Assembly: GCA_951406725.2 (NCBI GenBank)
Contig: OX597824.1
Coordinates: forward strand, 42,532,001-42,596,000
DNA: 64,000 bases
Direction: 5' to 3'
From: Octopus vulgaris
Taxonomy: Eukaryota
The notes beneath the pieces are model-generated. The model saw only the letters and a program-made list of their open reading frames with translations, was not told the origin of the DNA and searched no databases. The position numbers were made by a program, and so were the translations under genes. Positions 1 through 13,509 of this stretch are shown here, piece after piece (within the stretch, counting starts at the first letter, position 1; every line of letters begins with the position of its first letter).

Positions 1-262
1 GTGTCTGTGTGCGTGTGTGTGTGTCCGTGTGCGTGTGTGTGTGTCTGCGTGCGTGCGTGCGAGTGTAATGGTGGATAAGTGAAAGAAATAGATATAGATA
101 TAGAGAACTGTATATATTTTATGAATTCATCCCGACACACATACCAATGAGTACAAAGACAGGGAGAAATATGTGTGTGTATGAGTATGTGAGTGTGTGT
201 GTGTGTGTGTGTGCGTGCGTATGTGTACGCGTGCGTGTGTGTGTGTTTGTGTATTTGTGTGA
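1..262. repeat. (GT)n/(GCGT)n microsatellite tracts
   Basis: Direct dinucleotide arrays; ORFs 119-346 and 147-359 are their translations. Confidence 0.9.
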
Positions 263-466
263 GAAAAAGTGTGTTGTATGTAGTTTTTGGCATTGGCATA
301 ATCCAGATCTATCTGGGAGAAGCATTTCGATATTAGGGTGTTTCATACTTTCGCTATGAGAATTACCATATTCTAAAGTATGATTGGCTTCGACTAGGGA
401 AAGAGTAATGCTGCATTCCTAGAAATAAAGCCCTCGATCGTGTGTGCAATTAATATATGTTGTATG

Positions 467-1050
467 TAAAGCGGCGAGCTGGCAAAAACGTTAGCACGCC
501 GGGCGAAATGCGTAGCCGTATTTCGTCTGCCGTTACGTTCTGGGTTCAAATTCCGCCGAGGTCGACTTTGCCTTTCATCCTTTTGGGGATCGATAAATTA
601 AGTACCAGTTACGCACTGGGGTCGATATAATCGACTTAATCCGTTTGTCTGTCCTCGTTTGTCCTCTCTGTGTTTAGCCCCTTGTGGGTAGTAAAGAAAT
701 AGGTATTTCGTCTGCCGCTATGTTCTGAGTTCAAATTCCGCTGAGGTCGACTTTGCCTTCATCTTTTCGGGGTCAATTAAATAAGTACCAGTTACGCACT
801 GGGGTCGATATAATCGACTTAATCCGTTTATCTGTCCTTGTTTGTCCTCTCTGTGTTTAGCCCCTTGTGGATAGTAAAGAAATAGGTATTTTGACTGCCG
901 CTACGTTCTGAGTTCAAAATCAACCGAGGTCGACTTTGTCTTTCATCCTTTCGGTGTCGATAAATTAATTACTAGTTGCATACTGGGATCGATCTAATCC
1001 ACTGTCCCCCTCCCCCAAAATTTCGGGTCTTGTGCCTAGAGTAGGAAAGG
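467..1050 (+). mobile_element. Trimeric tRNA-derived SINE (Meta/MESC-like central domain) with 14-bp TSD
   Basis: B-box-like GTTCAAATTCC plus GTCGACTTTGCCTTTCATCCTTTCGGGGTCGATAAATTAAGTACCAG in three ~180-bp units. ATATATGTTGTATG flanks it at 453-466 and 1051-1064. Confidence 0.85.
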
Positions 1051-1109
1051 ATATATGTTGTATGATTTGCGCAAGTGTGGGTGAAAGCGGTTTTTTTTTT
1101 TATCTAGGC

Positions 1110-1272
1110 CGTCGATATATGGTAAGAGGGTTGCTTCTTAAACACATGGTTTTGGGTCCAGTCCCTTTGCGTAGGACCTCGGGAAATTGTCTTCTATTAT
1201 AGCTTCGGGTTGACCAAATCCACTCACAAAGCCTTGGTCAACCCGAGGCTATAGTAGAAGACAATTTCTCAA
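1110..1272 (+). mobile_element. 5' part of abundant tRNA-derived SINE (family A) ending in a fold-back
   Basis: Matches the head of the copy at 15695-16088; 1181-1217 is inverted at 1234-1270. Confidence 0.75.
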
Positions 1273-1395
1273 GTTTATGCAGATGGCACGATCCAACTTA
1301 GTGAATAAATCCGCCCTTGTTTGTTCAGACATGTACTTTGTATAAAGATACTTTCCAAATTCTTCCGAAGTGCAGATTCCAGGGTAGATGGGTAA

Positions 1396-1604
1396 AATAC
1401 AAATGTGTAACAAAGATGTATAAGTGTCAATTTGTTACGGCCGTTTCGAGTGACTCCTTTAATTGATCAACGAGAGCATTACATCATTACAAAGAAAACC
1501 GGTTTTCTTAATAATGATGTAATGCTTTATTGATCAATTAAAGGAGTCGCTCGAAACGGCCGTAATGACTTGACGCTTATACATATTTGTTACTCATTTA
1601 TATT
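1396..1604. repeat. ~105-bp-arm palindrome, PLE-terminus-like
   Basis: Arms meet at AAGAAAACC|GGTTTTCTT (1500/1501). Each arm carries GAG-nnn-CTC GAAAC GGCC GTA. A (TA)n tract follows. Confidence 0.85.
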
Positions 1605-1911
1605 ATATATATATATAATAAATTGCTTAAGAGAATAGGCACAGATATTCATATTCTAATCATTGTGCAGTCATAAAGAACTCAATATGACCGCATAGTG
1701 ATTAAAAATGAATATCAATGTCTATTCTCTGTTTTCTTAAGAATGAAGTCTCTATAGAGACAACTGGATTTTCGGAAGTGAAAAGTACTTGGAATTGTCA
1801 AACTAACCACATACATGCATATATGTGTATGTCTGTGTGTGTATGTGTGCGCGCGTGCGTGCGTGTGCATGCGCATGTATGTGCACGTGTGTGTGTGTGC
1901 GGATGTCTTTT

Positions 1912-2125
1912 CCTTTGTGTTCGTCCTCCGCGAGCGCTTGATAGCCGGTGTTCGTGTGTTTACGTCCCCATAGCATAGCGGTTCAGAAAAGACGCCGATA
2001 GAATAAGTGCCATGTTTTAAATATAAAAATAAGTACTTGAATCAACTCATTCGACTAAAAATCTCTTCAAGGTAGTGCCCCAGCATGGCCGCAGTCTAAT
2101 GACTGAGACAAATAAAAGATAAACG
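1912..2125 (+). mobile_element. SINE family A, 3' half
   Basis: GTGTTTACGTCCCC...GATAGAATAAGT...CAGCATGGCCGCAGTC...GACTGA tail shared with 15900-16088. Confidence 0.75.
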
Positions 2126-2438
2126 ATGAAACATATATCTGTAAATCTCTGTGTCTGCTTATATATAAATATAATCGAGAACACCCAAGCCATCAATAAT
2201 GACGGTGGGTGCTTTATTAAACTTATTGATAACTACAAGACTTCGGCTTCTACCGATGAATATTGGCTTTTCCCAATTGGAAAGATTGTTGGAAAATGTA
2301 CATGATGAAAGAATGAAGGTTGCTAATGAGAGTATGAGGATAAAAATGAAATGCCAAAATAACAGGAAAATAAGAAAATTATGTTTATCACTCTTTAAAT
2401 ATTATACAGATTTGATTATCTTTAATATGTTGTAAGAC

Positions 2439-2784
2439 CAGTGGTTTTCAACCGCGGCCCATATGGCCCCTGAGGGTCTATATAAGATTTTTGGGCGTCA
2501 GCGCAACAAAATAGTAAATTGGAAATCTACAATAGAATTTTAAGGGACCCTGAAAAATTTGTATTGGTATTCGTACTGGTATGTATCGTGAGAGATAACT
2601 AAGTTTCTTCCTCTAACGTTTTACATAGTTCAACTTATACAAGTTAATGTGTGAAAAACGAAATAGGAATTTGAAAAGAAGTTTCCATAAAACTAGTTTT
2701 TAAACATCGAATGGCTATGATGGTCCACCAGAATAAAATAGTAATCAAAGGAGTCCATAGATATAAAATGGTTGTGAACCCCTG
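2439..2784. mobile_element. Non-autonomous hAT (Charlie/Buster-like) MITE
   Basis: Termini CAGTGGTTTTCAACC / GGTTGTGAACCCCTG, imperfect 8-bp TSD (TGTAAGAC / TTGCAGAC); a second copy lies at 60612-61211. Confidence 0.75.
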
Positions 2785-2965
2785 TTGCAGACAAGCAGGC
2801 AGAATTGTTAGCACGCCGGGCAAAATGTTCAGCGGTTTGTTCGACTAAAAACCATTCAAGGCGGTGCCCCAGCGTTACCGCAGTCAAATGACTGAAACAA
2901 GGAAAGGATAAAGATATATATATATATATATATATATATACATGTGTGTGTGTGTGTGATGTGTT

Positions 2966-3216
2966 GAGGCGCAATGGCCCAGTGGTTAGGGCAGCGGACT
3001 CGTGGTTTCGATTCCCAGACCGGGCGTTGCGAGTGTTTTTTGAGAGAAAACACCTAAAGCTCCACGAGGCTCCGGCAGGGGGTGGTGGCGATCCCTGCTG
3101 TACTCTTTCGCCACAACTTTCTCTCACTCTTTCTTCTGTTGGCCTTCTCGCTTAGCGAGCGGGGTGGCATCATTTGAAGGCTAAAACATCTGATAGCCTG
3201 GTCAGTCACGGTGATC
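2966..3216 (+). mobile_element. tRNA-derived SINE (head GGCGCAATGGCCCAGTGGTTAGGGCAGCGGACTCG)
   Basis: A-box TGGCCCAGTGG and B-box GTTTCGATTCC; an inverted relative lies at 3255-3602. Confidence 0.75.
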
Positions 3217-3254
3217 ACAGTGATATATTAATATATATATATATATATCGTAGC

Positions 3255-3602
3255 ACTCCGTCGGTTACGACGTCGAGGGTTCCAGTTGATCCGATCAACG
3301 GAACAGCCTGCTCGAGAAATTAACGGCCAAGTGGCTGAGCACTCCACAGACACTTGTACTCTTAACGTAGTTCTCGGGGAGATTTAGCGCGACACAGAGT
3401 GTGACAAGGCTGACCCTTTGAAACAGGTAGAACAGAAACAGGAAAAAAGAGTGAAAGAAAGCTGTGGTGAAAGAGTACAGCAGGGTTCGCCGGAGCCTCG
3501 TTGAGCTTTAGGTGGTTTCACTCAATAAATACTCACAACAATTGAAACCGCGATCATACGACAACGAGTCCGCTGCCCTAACCACTGGTCTGTTGCGCAT
3601 CC
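3255..3602 (-). mobile_element. tRNA-derived SINE, same head as 2966, tail shared with the 58152 SINE
   Basis: Reverse complement of the head at 3560-3600; tail ...GTCGTAACCGACGGAGT as at 58440-58470. Confidence 0.75.
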
Positions 3603-4304
3603 GCACGCACACGCGCACGCACAGATATGTGTACGTGCGTATGTGTTTTATGATTGTTTGTCTCGATGTATATGTGTATCGGTTCAGCGCTTGTGTCAAT
3701 GGATGTATGCGTTTATATCAATATTTGATTTCTATTTGTGTATATTTTTGTAGCAGGTATAGCTGTAGAATATTAGAATTGAGATTAGCAGAATTGCTCA
3801 CTCATTTCACTCATGGTGGCTTGGCAGAATCGTTAGAGCTTCGGATCCCAAAGGTGTTGATCTGTTTAGTTACAGCCATTTTTCTTCTGTATTCAGTTCC
3901 GTCGACACAAACTTTGCTTTTCATCTTCCTGAGGTCGATAAAAATAAAGTGCCCGTTAAACACTGTAGTCGATGTAATTGACAACTCCCTTATCCAAAAT
4001 TTCTAGACATGTGCTTATGTAAGAAATTATGAGGGCGGAAATTACTACCAATATTTAGTTATGGGTCTTTACTTTCTGAGATGAAATTGTTTCGACTAAC
4101 ACTTGCCTTCCCAGGTTCTACTTTGTATCTATCATAAAACTGTCCAATTCCTCTGACATCAATGTGACAAATAAAAGAAATCATCATCATCATCATCATC
4201 ATTGATGTAATCGACTTCTTCGATGTAATCGACTTCTTCCCTCCCATCAAAAACTGCTGGCCCTGTGATAAGAACTGAAACTGAACGAAAATTACAAGCT
4301 GATT

Positions 4305-4515
4305 TCGGCTTCAAATTTTGACACAAGGCCAGTATTTTCGGTGTTGGTGGGGGAATATATTGACCCCAGTGTTCAATCGGTTCTTATTTTATCGACCTCG
4401 AACGATGAAAGTTAAAGTTGACCTCGACGGAATTTGAACCCAGAACGTAGTGACGGACGAAATGCCGCTAAGCAATTTTTCAGGCGGGATAACGACTTTG
4501 CCAGCTCACCGCCAT
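4305..4515 (-). mobile_element. Meta-like SINE copy (further decayed copies at ~3820-4025, 16345-16470, 19350-19535, 37340-37750, 39270-39485, 40970-41185)
   Basis: Reverse complement of the unit seen at 467-700. Confidence 0.75.
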
Positions 4516-4949
4516 AAATTACATGCTGTTATCATTTGTTTATGATTGGGGCAATATGTCAGATGATGTAAAATTTCTCCATGAAGCAAAAGTCGCAGTA
4601 TTTTTTTTTCTATCCGTCTCTGTATGTTGTTGTTTTACAATTGCTCATGTTATGTTTGTGTTTATTCTTGTATCTGTTGATTTTCAAATTCCTTGGGGTT
4701 GTGCGGTAGATGTTTCCGAGTGATGCTCACGACATTAGCTATTGCGTTGGAGCAGGCGGTTTTAAAATACAGTTAAAAGATACTTCAAACACAATATTAC
4801 TATGTTTTTGTAGTCTTTATTTTTTTTTTTTTACGTGGCTTTTGGTTTGTGTGAGACGTGTCTCTATATTACGGCAGTTACCTCTTTCTTGTCGCTCTTT
4901 TTTACTTTTTTTTTTGTCGTGAGATAACCTTCAATTTAACTCTTTATAA

Positions 4950-5333
4950 TCTCTCTATATATAAACGGCAGTTTGTCTGTCTGCGTGTCTGTGTGTCTGT
5001 TAGGTTGTACCCTCACCCTGACCACGGCTTTCAACCGATTCTGATGAAACTTGACCCACACATAGCCCAATGTCATAATTCAAAACTAACGCAGCGAAAA
5101 TTTTGAAAAGTTCCCCCAGTTCTGAAAAAAAATCGATAAATTCAACATGGGGTCGAGAATCAGAAACACAAACCACAGACTATCTAGGGGACGCAACTCG
5201 ACCTTTTTAACTCTCAAAAAAATTTACCATCACTTTTTCCCCATTTTTTTGCTATTTTTTGGCTATAACTCTCTAAAAATGCTTTATAGTTATTTCCCTT
5301 ACAAACCCGAGCAACGCCGGGTGATACTGCTTG
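4950..5333 (+). mobile_element. Non-autonomous Helitron-like element
   Basis: A|TC...TATATATAA 5' end; 3' hairpin CCCGAGCAACGCCGGG then CTTG|T (CTAG variant); no TSD. The last ~120 bp are near-identical to ~45990-46120. Confidence 0.75.
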
Positions 5334-6831
5334 TACTGAATAAATCTTTATGTTGAATTAAGTACCCTTAACAGTTCAAGATGACTACTCTTGCAGTACA
5401 TTCATATGGGTTGCACAAAGAATTCGGGACCCGCTATATTATTGTATATTATATACAAATCAATAGTGAAATTTAACATTAAAAATTCTCCATGGCTTAC
5501 ACTTCGGAGTTTGTAGTGGTTACACCTATAGATGTCAGATAAGTAGTTTCCATACTTATCAATATATTGCACTTATTTGTTATGTTATATTCATATGATA
5601 TTTTTATTGCTTCTTAGATTATTAACTGTTTTACTCTTAAGACATCTGTTTAGGATGTTTTTAAAAATTTCATTCAGGAATAGTTGTTGACTAGTTCGTA
5701 ATTTTGCATTAACGTGTGACAGTTTTCTGCCAAGCTAAGTTCACATGTCTTTGTACCTCCATTAATGGTATTGGCAGGTTCAATTACAAGCCATTCGTTT
5801 TAATTTTGTTTTTACCATCCCCTTGCAGTGACCAAATCTGTTTTGACAAAACCGTTACATTCTTCGTTCATATATGTCTCCAAATGAGCAGGCAGTTTAT
5901 ACATAACAGTTGTCAAATCTATTTTAAATAAGTGACAGGCTGTAATTTAAGAGGCAATCAAAATGTAACACGCGAATATAGCGAAGTAAACAAGTTGGAA
6001 AAACCTTCTCTGACATCCGTGAAGTAACTAATTTAACTCGAAGTAGTAGGAAAATTATACTGATTTTATCACACTTGAAATATGTATTTATATCAATGTG
6101 CAAATCTCTTACCTTTCAGTATTTTATCTAAATTCTGACATTAAAGAATTGGCCGGTTCCTAATTAAGAAACAACGCCTCTTTCACAGTAATTTAAATCA
6201 TCACAATAATATTAACTTCCATATTGAATTTTTCATAGATTGCACATAGTTGCACGGTTTGGTTTACGATTGAGTTTTGAGAATACCATTATAGTTAGAT
6301 TATGTATGAATGTATATATATATATGATTGTATGTGTTCTATATGTATGTTGTATGTATGTCTGTTTGTGCGTATGTACACCTATACATGTGTGTAAGCT
6401 TATGTACATGTGTGTGTGTGTGTGTGTGTGCTTCCATGATACTGAGTCGAGTGTTATTTATATTATTTATATGTTCATTGTTGAATATCAAACCGATTTC
6501 TAACAAAAAACACATGACTTCGTTGTGTGAATAGATTCAGGTTATTTGTGAATGTTTGCATGTCCGATAATGTATATATGTGACATGTGTATATGCGTAT
6601 TTGTGGACGTATTTATACTGATGTAATGGGTGTATATATCCTTAAGTAATTTGCTATTTGGTATTGCATTTTATATATGTATGTTTACATATATATGCAT
6701 ACACACATACACACACATATATATAGTCAAATCGAATTGAAAAGTTGAACATTAACAATCATAGTCGAGCATAAAAAATAACAATAAGAAAACAACAAGA
6801 TGGCGTGCATATAGAATGTATTAGCTTGACA

Positions 6832-6870
6832 CTCAGTAAGTTTCGAGCAAAGCCCTTCGTCAGAAAGAGG
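6832..6870 (-). ncRNA. Decayed minimal hammerhead motif (C3-G8) in a PLE-terminus-like fragment
   Basis: Minus strand reads CTGACGA A GGGC TTT GCTC GAAAC TTA; stem I/III do not pair well. Confidence 0.45.
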
Positions 6871-6924
6871 AAAAAGAAAAAGTTCACAAAACACACGTGA
6901 CTGGTTACATGACTGAAATGACCG

Positions 6925-6977
<53 letters not shown>

Positions 6978-6985
<8 letters not shown>

Positions 6986-7353
6986 AATCCGTTCTGTCTA
7001 TCCGTGTGTGTGTCTTCTAGGATCTCGGGCATACTCCCTCCGATTGCGCTCAAATTTGATATGTAGATACCGACGGTATCAAGGCGTGTATAAGTCTTGA
7101 AAAAATTATAAAAATCGATTCCAGGTGAGAATGTGATCGATAAAGCCGTGGGAACGTCCATTTGTACGCGCAAGTACATCAGCTGCTGCGATCGATATCT
7201 TTATTTCTTCTTTAGCTGGTGTCTCAATTTTAGGTTAAATCAGTGTTTCTCAAAGGGGAGGCCTATGGGACGGTCGGACAAGTTATTTTGAGAAAATTTT
7301 GTTTAAATGTTTGACAACTCGGCACCGTCGATTGGACGGGGGGCGTTTTGCTC
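6978..7353 (+). mobile_element. Non-autonomous Helitron-like element in a (TA)n tract
   Basis: 5' TATTATAAAATCCGTTCTGTCT; 3' hairpin CCGTC-GATTG-GACGG (7325-7339) then CTCG|T. Confidence 0.6.
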
Positions 7354-7392
<39 letters not shown>

Positions 7393-7443
7393 TAGATAGA
7401 TAAGAAAGTTGGTTTGTGAAAGCACGTGGGTGAATATATAGAA

Positions 7444-7906
<463 letters not shown>

Positions 7907-8735
7907 TTTCACTCTCTTCAACGAATATATACATTTAACCCCTTTCAACGGAAATGAAACAGAGATTCCACAAATTTGTTTGCAAATCTTCACTGTACCA
8001 CAAATAAATTGTATTTGGATAATACCAGGCTTTCTTTGAAAAAAAAAAACGAATTTATTTGCTTTTATGCAAATACGCTACTACCTAATGCATGACATAC
8101 GACAATAGCTATAAACGAGGCTCTATTGATTAGAGTTGGAAGTTCAAGCGTAGATACTCTGTTTTTCTAAAACTTTAGATGAGTAATTCCTAACAGTGCA
8201 TGACTTTCATTCTGCTGTACTGCAGAAAAATATGAGGTTTGTTACGTTTGTACCGGATTGTTGTTTTGTATTAGAATAATCCACAAAAATCTATTAATTA
8301 TAAGAATACGGATACATTCCAGATAAGATGTGCTTTTTTCTGTGACCACCCAGAAAATCCTTCCACTGGATAACAATGCTAATATATTTCGCCACAATGT
8401 CATGTTCTATGAGAATCTGGTACTTAGTGGGTATTTTTGTTGGTAGCTGCTTATGAAGTTAGTATGGCATCATCAACTACTTCTTTTTTATATATATCAC
8501 AACGTATTAGCTTAGAGTGTCAGAGCTATGCTGTCGGGAAATTCGGTTCCTGGTAGGGCCACCCAAGGCGGATTGGTCTGACACCGAGTGGTATTAGGGC
8601 CACAACCCAGCAGACGGGGCTCTGGTGAAAATCCTCGGAGTGTCTGTTTTGGCAACCGGCGGCTCCTCGATCGTTCTGTCCCTGCGTCTGTGGACAATCT
8701 GCAGCAAACAGGATGTCTCTACATGCGGGATTGTT

Positions 8736-8835
8736 NNNNNNNNNNNNNNNNNNNNNNNNNNNNNNNNNNNNNNNNNNNNNNNNNNNNNNNNNNNNNNNNN
8801 NNNNNNNNNNNNNNNNNNNNNNNNNNNNNNNNNNN
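8736..8835. other. Assembly gap (100 N)
   Basis: Run of N. Confidence 1.
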
Positions 8836-9439
8836 GGGGATCGCTTGTGAAATCCACATATTCCCACGAAACTTCTTCCATGGTAGAAGAAGCCGACCCA
8901 ACCCGCCCAGGGTTAATGTCGCCACAAGTACAAGTACAAGTATTAGTTTAGAGGTATCTTCATTTACTTATTTACCAGGATCAGATACGTCGTAAATCCT
9001 ACGTATCCTATTTCTAGGTGGGATGGTACATATCTATGACAAGTCCAGAAGAGGCCACACGTTTTGTTAATGCGATAGTTGTTCTCTAGCTTGCGGGATA
9101 TGTAACTATGGTGTTCCTTTCCTCTGATATGATTTTTTGAGTGTTTTGAGCAGTGATGAGATGTACTCCTTTCAGTCTTCACAAAACAATACTCCCTCTC
9201 GTGACATGATTCGGCAATCAAACACTGTTTCGTCTGATGTGTGCCTCTGTTTCCGCTCCTCCACCTAAAGCAAATCCTTTTAACTCAGAAGTTTCTAGTG
9301 GGGGTTGATATATCTTCCTAGTTCCGGCTACAAAAACTAATGTTTCAGGTTGCTAGTGAAAGTCTGTAGCTAAACGCATACTAAACGCATACTGAATTGA
9401 TGTATAAATATGTTAAAATATATCTGTAGTATTTAAAGT

Positions 9440-9770
9440 AAGGGAAAAGGCCACCTTCGGTCATGAATGACCAAAGGATTGCACCAAGAAAGTTACCCTC
9501 CGAGCAAGGTTGTTTATGGAAGACCAGCAGTCGCCCATGTATACCAACATTCTCTCTCCACGCCACCGATGTTATCTAAGGTAAAAGGCAAAGGCCACTA
9601 CAGCTTGACATCAGTGACGTCGCAACTCATTTCTACAGCTGAGTGAACTAGAGCAACGTGAAATAAAGTGTCTTGCTCAAGAATGCAACACACGTCCCGG
9701 TCCGGGAATCGAACTCACTACCTTGTGATTGTGTGCCCAACGCTCTAACCACTGAACTATGCGCCTTCAC
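9440..9770 (-). mobile_element. CORE-like tRNA SINE (head B), tail type 1
   Basis: Minus strand: GGCGCATAGTTCAGTGGTTAGAGCG...GAGTTCGATTCCC...TTGAGCAAGACACTTTATTTCACGTTGCTCTAG. Confidence 0.8.
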
Positions 9771-10747
9771 AGAAGTATTTAAAAGCTCAATGATTAACAT
9801 ATCGTTAAACTCCAATACATTGTTAGAATGCAATAAATATTGGTGGATTAAACTTGCATGTATGTACAGGATGGCTTCAAACGATAGCAGAGAGCAACAT
9901 ATTTAGACCAGTCAAATGGGGGAAAACATAAATTCATATATGATTCATAATTTAATTGTTCTCTATAACTGTCTCAATAGAGTAAAAAAAGAATCAAGAT
10001 TTACATAATTACGTAGTTAACATACATACTTAATTGATTTAAATGTGATCTGTTAACAATTTCCTCAGGAGAAAATGAAACGTATTTCTGGAACATCAAA
10101 ATTGCATCACGTTTTGTATACACAATGATGGCATTCAGCAGGCTGAAAATTAACACTTTCGAGAGTAAATCTATTTGAAGATGTAATAATTTTAATTCAC
10201 TTATCCCTTTTCACTAGATTAAGTCAAGCCTATATAGAACTAAAGTTATAAAACTTCAAAACTGCTCAAGAACTAACGGTTTTTATAGATGACACAATTT
10301 TATTCCTGTTTTTACAAATCATGAACTTCGTCTCTGAAGAGAGCCTTCAATAACCACTTAAATATATTTTGCTACGATAAAAGGATTGAGGTGAATGCCA
10401 AGTCCTTTTATGTTTAAAATAAAATTAAAAGAAAATTCGATTTTACGAGAGAACTAAAAAGTTTAAATTTCATGCATGAGAGGTTATTTCTGATTGCCAC
10501 GGGGCCAAGTTGCTTCCGATGTAGAATTATGGACATTTTTACATTAATACCATGCCTGTGTATTTTTTCTTTTTTGTCTATCCTTTTAATTATTTATCTA
10601 TTTATCTATCTCCATACCTATCTAGCCACACGCATTTTGTCTACCTGTCCACATACGTATTTATTAATTGTTATGTTTACCTACCTATCTATCAATCAAG
10701 CTGACTATATTTACATTTTCCTCTTACTATCTGTACACATCCATATA

Positions 10748-10906
10748 CACATGGCCAAAAGATTGGAACGTAGGTCTAAAAATTAAAATTATTATATTAA
10801 ATGACCAAAGGTATTTAATTTTCGATATATTATTACTACATACAGTAAAATGGTGAGTATAGCAATTTTAATTGAAAAAAATGTTCCAATCTTTTGGCCG
10901 AGACTG
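10748..10906. mobile_element. Tc1-type MITE (~160 bp)
   Basis: Perfect 17-bp IR GGCCAAAAGATTGGAAC (10753-10769) / GTTCCAATCTTTTGGCC (10883-10899); TA on both flanks; right end CTG|TA. Confidence 0.75.
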
Positions 10907-10922
10907 TATATATATATATATA

Positions 10923-10960
<38 letters not shown>

Positions 10961-10977
10961 TCTATATGTATGTATAT

Positions 10978-11009
<32 letters not shown>

Positions 11010-11233
11010 ACACACAGAGGCATGCATTTACACATACACACATATGTATATACTCACACACACACACACACTCACACACACACATATATAAATATATACA
11101 TACATCTATATATTGAGAGAGAGAAATTTGTATCTTAAAGTCAATGATATATATTTACAAAATAATGTCTTGTATTCTATAATTGCTTCTGTATCTTTGT
11201 CGCTTTATCTTCCATTAACATTCATCTTCACTG

Positions 11234-11317
<84 letters not shown>

Positions 11318-11418
11318 ATTCTTTCCTTCTTTCTCTCTCTCTCTCTCTTTGTCTCTTTCTTTATTCCTCTCAGTACACTTCATTACTTTCTTTTTCTAAT
11401 GCCCATACCTCTCACCTC

Positions 11419-11461
<43 letters not shown>

Positions 11462-11463
11462 CA

Positions 11464-11522
<59 letters not shown>
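10907..11522. repeat. (TA)n, (GT)n, (CA)n and (CT)n microsatellite cluster
   Basis: Direct. Confidence 0.9.
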
Positions 11523-11523
<1 letters not shown>

Positions 11524-11785
11524 TTCTTTGCTCTCCTTTTCTCTGTTTCTCTCTCTTTCTGTGTTTCCGTCACCCACTACTGCACTCAATTATGCATTCA
11601 ATCAAATACAGTTATATTTCCTCTCTCCCAGCCAGCTCATCCTCATCCTCCTCTTTCTTTTCTCTTGCTCCTCCTCGTCGTCGACGTCGTCGTTGTCGCC
11701 ATCGTCGTGGTGTCGTGATGATAATGAGTTTCATGACAATCATCATCATCATTTCCATCATCTCTAATTCATTATCTCTTCTTTC

Positions 11786-11837
<52 letters not shown>

Positions 11838-12519
11838 CATACATAAATACATACATACATGCATGCACACATATACACACAATGCGCATACACAATCACA
11901 CGCACATACACAGGCACATGAACATGTACAGGCATATACCCATCATTTCCAGCTCCAGCACGGCCACCACCCCTGAAGATGTCCAATGATCTGGTCACTG
12001 CTTCAGCCGGAACTAATCTGGCTCTAACAGGACGTTATTTAGAGGAGAGGTTATTGTAGCGGGTGACAATGAGGGCACGAATGGTGGCAATCACTGCGGA
12101 GGTGGCGAGAGCAAGCGACGACGGCGATGTTGAAGACGACAGCGGTGGTGGTACCGAGGGAGAGAAGATGATCATCATGATGATCATGAGGAAGGTGGTG
12201 GTGGTGGTGGTGGTGATCACGATGATGACGGCAGTGAGATGTCGAAAAAGATGATGATGCACGACCGAAAACTCGACAACGATAATTCATAATTTATCAA
12301 GCGACACACATTAACAGACATGTGCAATTTGGTGCACAAAATTCGGTGCACACAAGCATACACACACAAACACAAACACGCTTTCATACACACACACATA
12401 AATACGCACACGCACACACGTACACTCACACATTTTATAGCTACAAGCACACAAGTGCAGACACGTACCTTTAACCGTATAAACAACAAACATACACATA
12501 CGTAAGCAATGATCACAAA

Positions 12520-13070
12520 ATGGAGGAAGACAGCGCAGAAGAGACTAGTGTTAACAAGTATTGTATCAGCTTAACGCTAAATAGTAAGTGAAAGCGTCTT
12601 AACGTTTCGTACACAAGTCTTTCATTAAATGAAAAGTATGAAAGAAGAGGATAGAAGGAAAGTGAAAGATCAAAAGTGTTCAAAGGGGAAATACTAGGTG
12701 AAGCATAGGGAATCAAGTGGTAATGTTGTTTTATGAGGGGGAATTAAAGGGAGTGTGTGCTAATGCAGAAGTGTTTCCATGTACTGAAGTGGGCATAAAA
12801 AGCCATGAGTGTCCGTAGTTTTTTCTTATAAGGGCGTATATATGTAGAGTTTTGCAAGTGTGGAAATGTTGTAGCCCGGGATAGTGGGAGTATGGGTTGT
12901 CGGAATGTACGTGCAAGCGTATTGTGTACGAGGAAGTCACGAAAGTGCGAATGTGAGGTGAATAGAAAGACGAGAAGAATGCGGAGGGTATGGTAGAAGT
13001 GTGTGCGAAGGTACGATTGTGAGATGCTGTTTGGAAAAGACAAGAGAGAACAATAAGAGAGAAAAAATAG
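12520..13070 (-). mobile_element. Decayed Penelope-like element 3' fragment
   Basis: RDFLVHNTL resembles the PLE linker LRDLLV. Decayed hammerhead TTAATGA A..GAAACGTTA at 12596-12632. Terminus similar to 6790-6870. Confidence 0.45.
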
Positions 13071-13509
13071 CAATACAGAATCAGTGCAAAAAAATTGTTT
13101 CTGTGCGGAATGAAATTTATTGGGACACGTTGAAGGGCAAGATGAAGGCTAGAATCGTTAGCAACCGGGCAAAATGCTTAGCAGCTCAAAGGACCTCTGA
13201 ATAAGGCTTGTTTAATGATGTTGAACGAAACACCCATGTTTCCAGAGGTGAATTATTCAAACTCCAAAGAATTCCTCTCAACACATGGTTATGATACTCC
13301 CCCACTACTCCTGCTCGTGATCAGAGATACAGCTATAATCAGCCCCCAACGGATTAAGGTCAAGCAACTGACAAGTAAATCTGTGCTATTGAGCAGAATA
13401 TTTGCTGTAGCCCATCTTATACCAAAACATGTAGATGATAACACTTCAAATCAGTTAAGACCAGAAACTATGAGAACCACTACCTTATATCGCATCATCA
13501 TCATCTTTA

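Noticed and set aside
5700-6250. Possible hAT transposase remnant (LQGDG motif, minus strand)
   Set aside because: Too decayed, and no termini were found.
7934-7950. TTAACCCCTT piggyBac-like terminus
   Set aside because: No partner end or recognisable transposase was found.
8964-9221. ORF containing RGKEH, possibly a GIY-YIG remnant
   Set aside because: Only one short motif; not enough to assign.
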